Both the position numbers and the translations under genes were made by a program. A stretch of 64,000 bases of DNA from a virus: IMG/VR virus record IMGVR_UViG_3300045988_175656. The stretch is one strand, 5' to 3'. Under the pieces are notes generated by a model. It worked only from the letters and a program-made list of their open reading frames with translations. It was not told the DNA's origin and made no database searches. Every line of letters begins with the position of its first letter. Position 1 is the first letter of the stretch. Shown piece after piece: positions 34,264 through 42,845 of the stretch.

Positions 34264-35268
34264 ATGCAAAATAACTATTTATGTTATATAAATAACATAA
34301 CAATGGATATTTTCAAGAAAAAAGAAATAATAGTTGCAAATATAAAACGCTTTAATGCTAATAACATTAACCCAAATGATGTTATATTATGCAACACTGA
34401 TGAAGAGTTATTAAAATTAATTCTTCGCCAATCACCTAATTATTGGTTCAACAATTATGTTTTAACGTTAGAACAATTTGTTGATTTCTTCTCCGATTTA
34501 TTTGAAAAATATAATATTTTTACAACAGGAGAACATCATTTGTATGGAAGCCATAAAGGTTACGCATTTGGGGATGCAATATTATATGTCTATAACAATT
34601 ATGAATTGTATGCTTATCAAAAAGCAACTGTATATGCCTATACACAATCTCATATATACACTCATGACTTTACTAAAGCTGAAGCTCATAATTTAGCTTG
34701 TGTTGATATGTTTGATGCAAATTGTCACACTGAGTATTTTGATGAATCATGTGGCTATATTCATAATGGAGAAGCTATATCAAATGATAAATCAAATATA
34801 GTTTTAATTGAAGGCACTTTAACTTCTCATAATTATTCGCATATTAAGACTTTACCTGGTGGCTATAAAAATGTAACTGCAATGGATAATTGTACTCTTG
34901 AATTACATGGTTCTCCTTGTGTTGATTGCTATAATCATTGCCAAGTGAAAGCATATGATATGTCAGAAGTAACTTGTCATAATAATGTTTGTGTTGAATC
35001 ATATAATAAATCACAAATCATATTAAATGATTTATCTTCATGTGTTGCACATGATACTTCAATAATCCATATATGTGCAGCAAAATGTGTTAAACTAATG
35101 GATTTATCTATTGGTTATAATTATCATGATATTGCAATTCAAATGGATGTATCAGGAACATCTTATTTATGTGATTTAACTGATACATTTACACAAGTAC
35201 AAAATAATGGTACTATTAAATGGGAACAGTCAGGAAAGATATTCTCAAATCAAAGAAATTTAAATTAA
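34264..35268 (+). CDS. His/Cys/Tyr-rich repeat protein (beta-solenoid-like)
   Basis: 334-aa ORF whose start may instead be the ATG at 34303 (MDIFKKK). The central region has a short periodic motif of about 10 aa: AYDMSEV / SYNKSQI / LNDLSSC / AHDTSII / LMDLSIG. Confidence 0.6.
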   Translation: MQNNYLCYINNITMDIFKKKEIIVANIKRFNANNINPNDVILCNTDEELLKLILRQSPNYWFNNYVLTLEQFVDFFSDLFEKYNIFTTGEHHLYGSHKGYAFGDAILYVYNNYELYAYQKATVYAYTQSHIYTHDFTKAEAHNLACVDMFDANCHTEYFDESCGYIHNGEAISNDKSNIVLIEGTLTSHNYSHIKTLPGGYKNVTAMDNCTLELHGSPCVDCYNHCQVKAYDMSEVTCHNNVCVESYNKSQIILNDLSSCVAHDTSIIHICAAKCVKLMDLSIGYNYHDIAIQMDVSGTSYLCDLTDTFTQVQNNGTIKWEQSGKIFSNQRNLN

Positions 35269-35290
35269 CCATTTTATTTTAACCATATTT

Positions 35291-35333
35291 AACGAGACTT
35301 CTTTTGAGGTCTCGTTTTTTGTTTGTACATTTG
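35291..35333 (+). promoter_or_regulatory. terminator hairpin fused to promoter (cassette copy 3 of 6)
   Basis: AACGAGACTTC-tttt-GAGGTCTCGTT, then TTTT, then GTTTGTACATTTGCA. Confidence 0.7.
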
Positions 35334-35356
35334 CATAAACAAAAAATAAATAGAAT

Positions 35357-35947
35357 ATGAATAATTGGAAATATGTTAATCAGTTTTACAAAATAAAAGA
35401 CTCAAAATTTGAAGAACCATCAATATGGGTTAAGGGGGATGAAAATGATGTAATGTCCATACTTAATAAATGTGAATACGAAAATTTTCAAAAGAGTTTG
35501 GGGAATGGAATATTTCAAGAAGAAGCATTTAGAGTAAAACCTAATTCAATGATGGAATTTATTGATTTACCAAAGGAAGAAATGGATAAAATCAATGAAG
35601 AGTTTGCTCGCCCATTAGAAAGAATGACAGAAAAACGTTTTATTGAATGTGCATTGTATGTTTTAAATATTAATCCATATTTAGGTTCTTCTACATGTTT
35701 AGGATGGGAAGAATATAACGATTATACTAAAAATCCTAATTGGATGGGTGGAGATTATATTCTACCTGACAATAATAAATATCATATTTGTTTACACAAA
35801 GGAACTATGAGAATATACCCAGGTGAAGGAGACCCATTCTGTACTTGGATAACCAAAGAACCATTAATTGAATTTAAAATTAATTTGAATGAATGGGCTG
35901 AAAGAGTGACTAATAATGAAAGCACAATTAAAATAACACAATTATGA
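35357..35947 (+). CDS. hypothetical protein
   Basis: 196-aa ORF downstream of the cassette promoter. Confidence 0.6.
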   Translation: MNNWKYVNQFYKIKDSKFEEPSIWVKGDENDVMSILNKCEYENFQKSLGNGIFQEEAFRVKPNSMMEFIDLPKEEMDKINEEFARPLERMTEKRFIECALYVLNINPYLGSSTCLGWEEYNDYTKNPNWMGGDYILPDNNKYHICLHKGTMRIYPGEGDPFCTWITKEPLIEFKINLNEWAERVTNNESTIKITQL

Positions 35948-36759
35948 GCAAAAGTTTAGAAGATGTATTAAACTATATGATTGTTGAGAAACCATATCCA
36001 TCTCAAATACAAAAAATATTTGATAATGGTATAATTCAAGAAATATCTGAAAGGAATGGTTTTTATATTATGCTTTTTAGTTTTCAACATAAAGGAAGTT
36101 TCATAATGAGCTATATGTCAACATCAAGAGACATATATTTAATGTGTGATGAATATATGAACGAAATTGCATATATTGGTGCTTTAATTGTTGATAGCAA
36201 ATATAAAATACATAGAGGTGTTTTGGAATCTTTTTTAAGAGATAGTAATGGTAACTATAAAATGAACACCACACAGCTTTTAACTAAAAGTGATGGTTTA
36301 AAACTTTCACATTTATTTAAAGATAAATATTTTAGTTCAATGATATTACCAATTGTTGTCACAGATATTTCAACTGCTTGGCGTGATTCAATAACAAACT
36401 ATAATTATGGTTATCCTCGTGGATATAATACTAAACCTGAATATGATGACTATGGTAATTATTATGGAGTTATAAAAGACATTTATACATTTATAAGTAG
36501 ACATAATTTTACTAGTGTTGAAAGCATTGAAAGAAATGTTAAATTTGGAATAGATAAACAAACAATTTTAACTAAATTAAATTGTGCATCTATTATTGGA
36601 AAATCGGTTGAAAAAGCTGGTAATAAAATTGGTAAATCTATTGAAGTTGGATGTGAGAATATTGCAAGAAGCAATTTTATGATTGGTTCATCAATTCAAA
36701 AAGCAGGTACTAGAATAGCAAATGGTGTAAATGGTTGTACATATGCTTATGGAGATTAA
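35944..36759 (+). CDS. hypothetical protein
   Basis: 271-aa ORF with an ATGA overlap. Confidence 0.6.
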   Translation: MSKSLEDVLNYMIVEKPYPSQIQKIFDNGIIQEISERNGFYIMLFSFQHKGSFIMSYMSTSRDIYLMCDEYMNEIAYIGALIVDSKYKIHRGVLESFLRDSNGNYKMNTTQLLTKSDGLKLSHLFKDKYFSSMILPIVVTDISTAWRDSITNYNYGYPRGYNTKPEYDDYGNYYGVIKDIYTFISRHNFTSVESIERNVKFGIDKQTILTKLNCASIIGKSVEKAGNKIGKSIEVGCENIARSNFMIGSSIQKAGTRIANGVNGCTYAYGD

Positions 36760-36789
36760 TAAATATAGAAAATTATAAAATAATTAAAA

Positions 36790-37374
36790 ATGGACAATAA
36801 TCAAATATATCATTTTGTTAAAGTGAAAACTAAAGGTGATGAAGATTCAAAAGGAACTTGGTTACTTGAAGCTGATTCATTAAGAGTAATTAATGAACAC
36901 TTTAAAAAATATGTTGGAGCCGAAATTAAACAAGGTATGAAAGAAATCATATCTCGTATTAATGGTAAAGTAGGTCATTATACAAATAGTTTTGCTAGTA
37001 CTGTTGATACAATTATGCAATTTGGTGAAAAACCTTATTTAGTTGTTGCTACTGAATTGGAAAATGAAATGCTGCAAACCAGAATAAAAGGTTATCTTAA
37101 TGATAGAAAACAATATTTATCCGATTCTTTATCTGTTATTATCATGTCTCCACACTTAGAGATTATTGATGAAGAATATAAAGATGAAATGGTATATCCT
37201 CATGAAAGTAAACCATCATTAAATGATGTAAAATATATGACATGGTATGGTGGAAAACATTGGTATGCTAAAATAGGAAAAATTGATATTGTTGACAGAG
37301 ATAACAATCAAAAATGGAACACTCGCAAAGAAGCTGAAGAAGCAGCTAAATGGTATATTGAAACATTCTATTAA
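36790..37374 (+). CDS. hypothetical protein
   Basis: 194-aa ORF. Confidence 0.6.
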   Translation: MDNNQIYHFVKVKTKGDEDSKGTWLLEADSLRVINEHFKKYVGAEIKQGMKEIISRINGKVGHYTNSFASTVDTIMQFGEKPYLVVATELENEMLQTRIKGYLNDRKQYLSDSLSVIIMSPHLEIIDEEYKDEMVYPHESKPSLNDVKYMTWYGGKHWYAKIGKIDIVDRDNNQKWNTRKEAEEAAKWYIETFY

Positions 37375-37376
37375 TT

Positions 37377-37742
37377 ATGAAAAAACATATAACTTATTGC
37401 AATCAATGTGATAATTGTAAGGTATATCCTGACCCAGACTTTGATGATTGGTTTTGTCATGATGATATAAAAATTGTTTGTAATGTTAACAACATGACAA
37501 TGGCAAGTGCATGTCGTCCTTATGAAATAAATTCATTTAAAGTGCCTAAAAATTGTCCATTAATGAATAAAATGGAAGAAAAGCCTATTAAAAATACTAA
37601 TGATTTGATTAGAAAATTTATGAAGGATAATAATCTTGAAGAGATGCATATGGGTGCATTTATTCTTGAAGAATACAATAGTGTATGTATCAACAAAAAT
37701 GATATAGATAAAATAAATAATATAATTAACTTTAATAAATAA
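37377..37742 (+). CDS. Cys-rich hypothetical protein
   Basis: 121-aa ORF with N-terminal CNQCDNC....C....C motifs. Confidence 0.55.
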   Translation: MKKHITYCNQCDNCKVYPDPDFDDWFCHDDIKIVCNVNNMTMASACRPYEINSFKVPKNCPLMNKMEEKPIKNTNDLIRKFMKDNNLEEMHMGAFILEEYNSVCINKNDIDKINNIINFNK

Positions 37743-37745
37743 ATT

Positions 37746-38324
37746 ATGTCAGAAATTAAAATTACAACAGAAAAAGTAAGAGAAGCCTATAAGAAAGGTA
37801 ATGATTGTGTAAAAGATGTATTGCAAAATCTTTTTGGAGAAGAAGTATGTGCTCCGAAAAATGTAATGGATAGAGTAAAAACATTTGAAGATGCTTGTAT
37901 AGAAACAAATACAGACATCAAAGCATTTAATGAGATGACAAAGAATTTAGATGAACATGTGGTAACTTACATGAAATTAAGTATTATTGTTAAAGCTCTT
38001 AATGAAGATGATAAATTTCCGTACTTTACAAAAGAAGAATGGAGATATTACCCTTATTTTTGGTTATATACTAAAGATGAATATGAAAAAATGAACACCA
38101 AAGACAGAGAGAAAGTCTCTCGTGTCCTCTTTCGCTCGTATAACGATGCGCATTCGAATGGCGGTGTTGCGTATGCGGATGCGGTGGACGGTGCTTCGTG
38201 TGCGAGTAGCTATGTGGGTGCTCGGCTTGTTTTCCGAACAAGAGAACTTGCATTATATGCAGGGAAACAATTTATTGATTTATATGTAAAACATATATTT
38301 GATGCTGACATAATAAAAGATTAA
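37746..38324 (+). CDS. hypothetical protein carrying a G+C-rich, A-poor segment (DGR-VR-like)
   Basis: 192-aa ORF. Codons about 125-163 (nt about 38117-38236) switch to GCG/TCG/GGY/NNY usage and encode ..YNDAHSNGGVAYADAVDGASCASSYVGARLVFR. Confidence 0.6.
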   Translation: MSEIKITTEKVREAYKKGNDCVKDVLQNLFGEEVCAPKNVMDRVKTFEDACIETNTDIKAFNEMTKNLDEHVVTYMKLSIIVKALNEDDKFPYFTKEEWRYYPYFWLYTKDEYEKMNTKDREKVSRVLFRSYNDAHSNGGVAYADAVDGASCASSYVGARLVFRTRELALYAGKQFIDLYVKHIFDADIIKD

Positions 38325-38333
38325 AATCATATT

Positions 38334-38624
38334 ATGAAGAAAGAAAAAAGAAAATGGGTCAAAGATGAAAAAAGGTTAATTAAACTGTTATATAGAACAG
38401 GTATTATTGATAGATATACATCAATTGATTCATTATATTGGGATTATTCTGGGAAGTTTCCCAGAATAATTTATACTAAAAATGATTATTTAGATAATAT
38501 TAATGATTATATTATTGTTGATATTGTTAACAGGGAGGAATATGGAAACATTTCACGAAAATCATTGATTAAACTTCTTAGTAAACTTCCAATTAAAAAC
38601 AACAAAACAATAAAAAACGTTTAA
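38334..38624 (+). CDS. hypothetical basic protein
   Basis: 96-aa ORF. Confidence 0.5.
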   Translation: MKKEKRKWVKDEKRLIKLLYRTGIIDRYTSIDSLYWDYSGKFPRIIYTKNDYLDNINDYIIVDIVNREEYGNISRKSLIKLLSKLPIKNNKTIKNV

Positions 38625-38626
38625 TA

Positions 38627-38725
38627 ATGATTGAAACTGTAATTTTAATTGCATTAGCAATTGTGTATTCCATAGGATGTATAATGGTTCGCATTTATAA
38701 ATGGAATAAAAGACGAAAAAATTAA
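38627..38725 (+). CDS. 32-aa hydrophobic micro-protein
   Basis: MIETVILIALAIVYSIGCIMVRIYKWNKRRKN*. It starts 2 nt after the upstream stop and ends just before the terminator cassette. Confidence 0.35.
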   Translation: MIETVILIALAIVYSIGCIMVRIYKWNKRRKN

Positions 38726-38733
38726 GAATAATT

Positions 38734-38776
38734 AACGAGACTTATTTGCAAGTCTCGTTTTTTGTTTCTATATTTG
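38734..38776 (+). promoter_or_regulatory. terminator hairpin fused to promoter (cassette copy 4 of 6)
   Basis: AACGAGACTT-atttgc-AAGTCTCGTT, then TTTT, then GTTTCTATATTTGCA. Confidence 0.7.
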
Positions 38777-38801
38777 CATTATAATAAATTATAGAAATAG
38801 T

Positions 38802-39212
38802 ATGGAAAATTTTACATTAAAAGAATTAAAACAATGTGTTGAATATTGTGGTGGAGATAAAAAGAAAGTGAAAGAATGGATAAAAAATTGTAATCCATTA
38901 CCAACAACATTAAAAGAATTATTATCATATAATAAACTAAAAACTGTTGATTATGGTGATTTTCCCAATGATATTCAAGAAGATGTTACTCATTGTATAT
39001 ATACATTCGAAAAAGGATATACTACTAGTTTAAATAGGGTATTTGAGCGATTCTGTGATTATTTTTTAGATGATGAAGATGAAAATGTGTGGGATGATGA
39101 AAAAAAAGAATATAATTATGATGCGTTGGAAAAAGCATTTAACAAATATATTCCAGGTTTTGTAAAATTTCTAATTGATAATCAAGTAGGAGCAATTAGA
39201 AATTATTGGTAA
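38802..39212 (+). CDS. hypothetical protein
   Basis: 136-aa ORF. Confidence 0.55.
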   Translation: MENFTLKELKQCVEYCGGDKKKVKEWIKNCNPLPTTLKELLSYNKLKTVDYGDFPNDIQEDVTHCIYTFEKGYTTSLNRVFERFCDYFLDDEDENVWDDEKKEYNYDALEKAFNKYIPGFVKFLIDNQVGAIRNYW

Positions 39213-39225
39213 TATAATTGGAAAA

Positions 39226-39324
39226 ATGAAAATCATTGATTATATATTACTCAGTCTAATTTGGCTAATTATATTGTTTTTATTTGGTTGTGTTTATTAT
39301 GTAATGTTTATTATTAGATATTAG
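39226..39324 (+). CDS. 32-aa hydrophobic micro-protein
   Basis: MKIIDYILLSLIWLIILFLFGCVYYVMFIIRY*. It fills the gap between neighbouring genes. Confidence 0.35.
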   Translation: MKIIDYILLSLIWLIILFLFGCVYYVMFIIRY

Positions 39325-39327
39325 AAT

Positions 39328-39651
39328 ATGGAAATTGAAGTAAAAGAAACTGTAACAAGGAAAATGAAAGTTTATCCTTGTATTAAATGTGGAAGTGAAA
39401 ATATTAAAATCTATAATTGTGGTTATAGTAGTTTTAATTGTGCTGGTGGCGAATGTAAAAGATGTGGTCATACTGTTGAAACTAATGCTAACTGGGATGT
39501 TACTGAATCAAGTTTAATTAAAGCTTGGAACAAAGAAAATGACCCATCAGTACTTATAGAACGTTTGGATAAAGAAAGACTTAAAATAATTGATGAAATC
39601 AAACGTCTTAAAAAATTAAAGAATAAAATGTCTAAATTAACCAAAGATTAA
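39328..39651 (+). CDS. Lar-family (restriction alleviation)-like zinc-ribbon protein
   Basis: PCIKCGSENIKIY......ECKRCGH....N......LIKAWNK fits the Lar-family pattern (C.FCG...C..CG...AWN). Confidence 0.45.
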   Translation: MEIEVKETVTRKMKVYPCIKCGSENIKIYNCGYSSFNCAGGECKRCGHTVETNANWDVTESSLIKAWNKENDPSVLIERLDKERLKIIDEIKRLKKLKNKMSKLTKD

Positions 39652-39655
39652 AAAT

Positions 39656-40060
39656 ATGATAGATATAGATTTTTATAAAGTAATACATGGAGAACAGATA
39701 TTGTTTAATAAATGTAAAGGAAAAACAATAAAAGATACCTATATTGGTAATGAAATTTTGTGCATTATATTTGATGATAATAGTTTTGTATATTTAGAAG
39801 AATACGATGATTATGGAAATATATCCAGATTTGACGATGTAAATATCAATTATTCTAATCTCAAAGATTATGTTGGGTATAATAAAGATGGTGAGTTATA
39901 TCATAGTGATGTTATGTCATTTATGATAAAAAATGAACTATTTGTAGAAAATGAATTAAAAGAATATTTGTACCCTCTTTTTGAAGAAGAAAAAAAGAAA
40001 ATAATAGAACGAGAACTTGCTGAGTATGAAAGGATTAAAAATAAGTATAATTTAAATTAA
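39656..40060 (+). CDS. hypothetical protein
   Basis: 134-aa ORF. Confidence 0.55.
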   Translation: MIDIDFYKVIHGEQILFNKCKGKTIKDTYIGNEILCIIFDDNSFVYLEEYDDYGNISRFDDVNINYSNLKDYVGYNKDGELYHSDVMSFMIKNELFVENELKEYLYPLFEEEKKKIIERELAEYERIKNKYNLN

Positions 40061-40071
40061 TTAGTGTAGTT

Positions 40072-40278
40072 ATGAGAAAATTAATTGGAACTATTGTAGT
40101 AATATTATTGATTGTTGTAGGTTTTACAGGTGTTAATTTGAAAGTGAATGGAACTGCATTTAAAATTCCACCTTACATTAAAAATGTTATGAATGATAAA
40201 AAGAAAATTGATGAAGCAAAGAAAGTTTTTAATGAAGCAAAAGATAAATTAACTGATGAAGTTAAAGATGAAAAATAA
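40072..40278 (+). CDS. small membrane-anchored protein
   Basis: N-terminal TM helix with a Lys/Glu-rich tail. Confidence 0.5.
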   Translation: MRKLIGTIVVILLIVVGFTGVNLKVNGTAFKIPPYIKNVMNDKKKIDEAKKVFNEAKDKLTDEVKDEK

Positions 40279-40281
40279 TCA

Positions 40282-40354
40282 TTTTAATGCGTTTTAAAAG
40301 ACTTTCGATTTAATATGAATAATCTATTGAATTTATAAATAAAACGCATTAAAA
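40282..40354. repeat. 15-nt perfect inverted repeat flanking a 43-nt spacer
   Basis: TTTTAATGCGTTTTA (40282-40296) pairs with TAAAACGCATTAAAA (40340-40354), at the start of the largest non-coding gap outside the CRISPR locus. Confidence 0.6.
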
Positions 40355-40639
40355 CTAAAACAAATAGCATTATGAGCTATATTATTAATTATTTAGACAC
40401 TGATATAGGATTTACTAAAAATATCTTAAAGAAAGAAGATATTGGAAAACTGATTTTTATTATAAAAATTTAACATATATAATTTGTATCTGATAAATCA
40501 AAACATATTAATATCATTATAAGATATATTATAATATTAATTATATATTTTATTATAAAATTATATATAATAAGGTCCAATATATTAATACCAGTTATTA
40601 TTTAATTTGCAAATATAAATTATTAAAATATATTAAATT

Positions 40640-40981
40640 ATGGGAAATAAAACGTTAGATGACAAAGTAGCTGATTTAAGGAATAAGCTCACTCCATTAT
40701 ATAACTTGGCTGCTATAATGAATGAAATTGTGATAAACAAAGGTGAAGTCGAATTTAATGATGTGATTAAAAATTGTATTAATGATGCTAATCATTCTCT
40801 TCCAATAATTAGAAAAATTGTTGACTCATTGTTAGTGAATGATTATCCAATGTCAAAAGAACGTTTAAAAAGCATCTCACAAGAGTTTGCAAATAATGCT
40901 TGTATGCCTTATTGCTGGGAAGATGTTTATAACAGACTAATTGATAGAAGTGCATTACCTTTTAAAATTAAAGTAGAATGA
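40640..40981 (+). CDS. hypothetical protein
   Basis: 113-aa ORF and the first gene after the 360-nt AT-rich gap. Confidence 0.55.
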   Translation: MGNKTLDDKVADLRNKLTPLYNLAAIMNEIVINKGEVEFNDVIKNCINDANHSLPIIRKIVDSLLVNDYPMSKERLKSISQEFANNACMPYCWEDVYNRLIDRSALPFKIKVE

Positions 40982-41226
40982 ACGATTTTATAGGAACTAT
41001 GGTATCAAGAACAATATATGCTTATGTATCAGAAATTGTACTTGGTCCTGGATATGATGAAAAAGAAAATAATTGGTGGGTGATTGTTGATGTTATTTGG
41101 AATGATAATGGTTGCCCAATGCAAGAAAATTGTAAAATTTTAAAGTTTGATACTGAACATGAAGCAAAACAAATTAAAATTGGTACATGTGTTGATTCAG
41201 AAAAAAAGTTTTCATGGATAGATTAA
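40978..41226 (+). CDS. hypothetical protein
   Basis: ATGA overlap with the upstream gene; 82 aa. Confidence 0.5.
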   Translation: MNDFIGTMVSRTIYAYVSEIVLGPGYDEKENNWWVIVDVIWNDNGCPMQENCKILKFDTEHEAKQIKIGTCVDSEKKFSWID

Positions 41227-41414
41227 ATAAAAAAGATGTTTGGCATGATAATTGTCAACCAAATGTAGGGCAGTTAGTAATAGTAGTTGATGAAAATAAT
41301 ACAATATATGATTTTGGTTATTTTCATTTTAATGATTATGTTGATTATAAACATGGTTTTAGATGGGCATATATGAAAGATTTAGTAGATATAACAAATG
41401 GAAAAGAAAAATAG
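41214..41414 (+). CDS. hypothetical protein
   Basis: 66-aa ORF with a 13-nt overlap. Confidence 0.45.
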   Translation: MDRLNKKDVWHDNCQPNVGQLVIVVDENNTIYDFGYFHFNDYVDYKHGFRWAYMKDLVDITNGKEK

Positions 41415-42015
41415 AACATCATCAGCAATTGTATCTTATAGATATGGTAGTATTGTATATGGTACTGATAATGAAAATTCAGATGAAGATATGATTTCAA
41501 TCATTTCTGACAATTTTGAGGATATGACTGAAAATGAAGGTCAAGGAAGAGTTGGAGATTATGACATTACTTTTTATAAGGAAAGTTATTTTATTGAAAA
41601 AATCAAAAATCATTCAATTGATGCTTTGGAATGTATTTTTCTCCCAAAAGATATGATTATTGGAGATAATAAATATCTTCAATATTTTCAACTTGATTTG
41701 CCGACGTTAAGAAATTCAATATCAGCTATATGCAATAATTCTTATGCTAAAGCAAAGAAGAAGTTAACAGTAAAAAAAGACTATGATTTCTATAAAGCAA
41801 TGAAATCATTATTTCATTCAATCAGGATTTTTGAATTTGGAAAACAAATAGCCATATTTGGTAAAATAACTAATTATCAGGCTTGTAATCACATATGGTA
41901 CATGATTAGCAAAGAAACATCTACTGATTGGGAATATTATCATAAAAAATATAAACCAATTTGGAATGAATATCATAGTGCATTTGTAAAAGTAGCAAGG
42001 AAGAAGCTTACTTAA
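41398..42015 (+). CDS. Pol-beta superfamily nucleotidyltransferase
   Basis: YRYGSIVYGTDNENSDEDMISI fits the hG[GS]x9-13Dh[DE]h minimal NTase signature. Confidence 0.5.
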   Translation: MEKKNRTSSAIVSYRYGSIVYGTDNENSDEDMISIISDNFEDMTENEGQGRVGDYDITFYKESYFIEKIKNHSIDALECIFLPKDMIIGDNKYLQYFQLDLPTLRNSISAICNNSYAKAKKKLTVKKDYDFYKAMKSLFHSIRIFEFGKQIAIFGKITNYQACNHIWYMISKETSTDWEYYHKKYKPIWNEYHSAFVKVARKKLT

Positions 42016-42058
42016 CAATTTTTAACTATAATATTTTTGGGATTTAAAAAATAAATTG

Positions 42059-42066
42059 TATGTTTG
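42059..42066 (+). promoter_or_regulatory. Bacteroidota-type -7 promoter box
   Basis: ATTGTATGTTTGCACT upstream of the ATG at 42083. Confidence 0.45.
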
Positions 42067-42082
42067 CACTAAAATATAAAAA

Positions 42083-42334
42083 ATGAAAGGCGTAATTAAT
42101 TTTTTTAATATCATTATAGTACCATTTTCCATTCTTATGGGATTTGTGTTTGAATTTAAATATATGTGGCTAATAATAGCCTTATATTCAAGTCTTATGC
42201 TTGTTAATATCACAATTAATACAATAGTTACTTCTATTATTGAAAAGAAATATGAAGAAAGTTATTCAGCTTTCTGGAGAACATTATTTGTGATTATATC
42301 AGCAATTAGTTGGACATTTGTAATTTATTCTTAA
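42083..42334 (+). CDS. small multi-TM protein
   Basis: 83 aa with three hydrophobic segments. Confidence 0.5.
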   Translation: MKGVINFFNIIIVPFSILMGFVFEFKYMWLIIALYSSLMLVNITINTIVTSIIEKKYEESYSAFWRTLFVIISAISWTFVIYS

Positions 42335-42336
42335 TT

Positions 42337-42510
42337 ATGTATATAAAACGTATAAATATAAATGGTTTTCCAAACCCAACAAATAAAATAGAGAAATATT
42401 ATTTTTTTAAAAATAAAACTCAGGAAGAAATTGAGCTTTTAGAAACAGTAGGTAAAATTATTACCAAATTTATTAAACTTTATCATATAAAAAACAAAAA
42501 ACATGAGTAA
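42337..42510 (+). CDS. small hypothetical protein
   Basis: The ATG (MYIKRININ..) lies just after the upstream stop. The track start at 42310 overlaps. Confidence 0.4.
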   Translation: MYIKRININGFPNPTNKIEKYYFFKNKTQEEIELLETVGKIITKFIKLYHIKNKKHE

Positions 42511-42841
42511 TATTATATTAGATTTCTTTCACAACATTACAAAAAGGAGTAATCCAAGGTTAAATGCAAAAGATGCGTATTTGAAAGCAAAATATCAACG
42601 TATTCAAACTGAAGAAGAAAGATTAAATGAATTTAAATTTAATCTTGATACTTTAATCTCAATCAAGTGTGATTCATGTACATGTTGTTGTGTGGTAGAA
42701 CTTGAAGAAGATTTGTCCAAGCATTTGGATGATATTATTAAAGAATATCGTGAATTAGGTTATACAGTTATTAATTTAAAAGATGAAGTAGAAGATATTG
42801 ATAACAATTATCTTTTTCTTTGTTGGGATAAAAAATATTAA
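42503..42841 (+). CDS. hypothetical protein
   Basis: 112-aa ORF. Confidence 0.5.
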   Translation: MSNIILDFFHNITKRSNPRLNAKDAYLKAKYQRIQTEEERLNEFKFNLDTLISIKCDSCTCCCVVELEEDLSKHLDDIIKEYRELGYTVINLKDEVEDIDNNYLFLCWDKKY

Positions 42842-42845
42842 TATA

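Noticed and set aside
34478-34696. + strand alternative-frame ORFs nested in longer genes: 34478-34696, 26397-26603, 52124-52369 and 61171-61362.
   Set aside because: All lie entirely within longer ORFs that carry recognisable domains or repeats. Their products are low-complexity, and nothing supports overlapping genes.
38071-38253. A 60-aa minus-strand ORF rich in His, Pro and Arg.
   Set aside because: It exists only because the G+C-rich, A-poor patch removes stop codons on the antisense strand. It is fully contained in gene 37746-38324.
40450-40620. The AT-rich tract, as a possible second CRISPR array or tandem repeat array.
   Set aside because: It contains only short irregular ATATA/TTATAA words. 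There is no unit of constant length separated by unique spacers.
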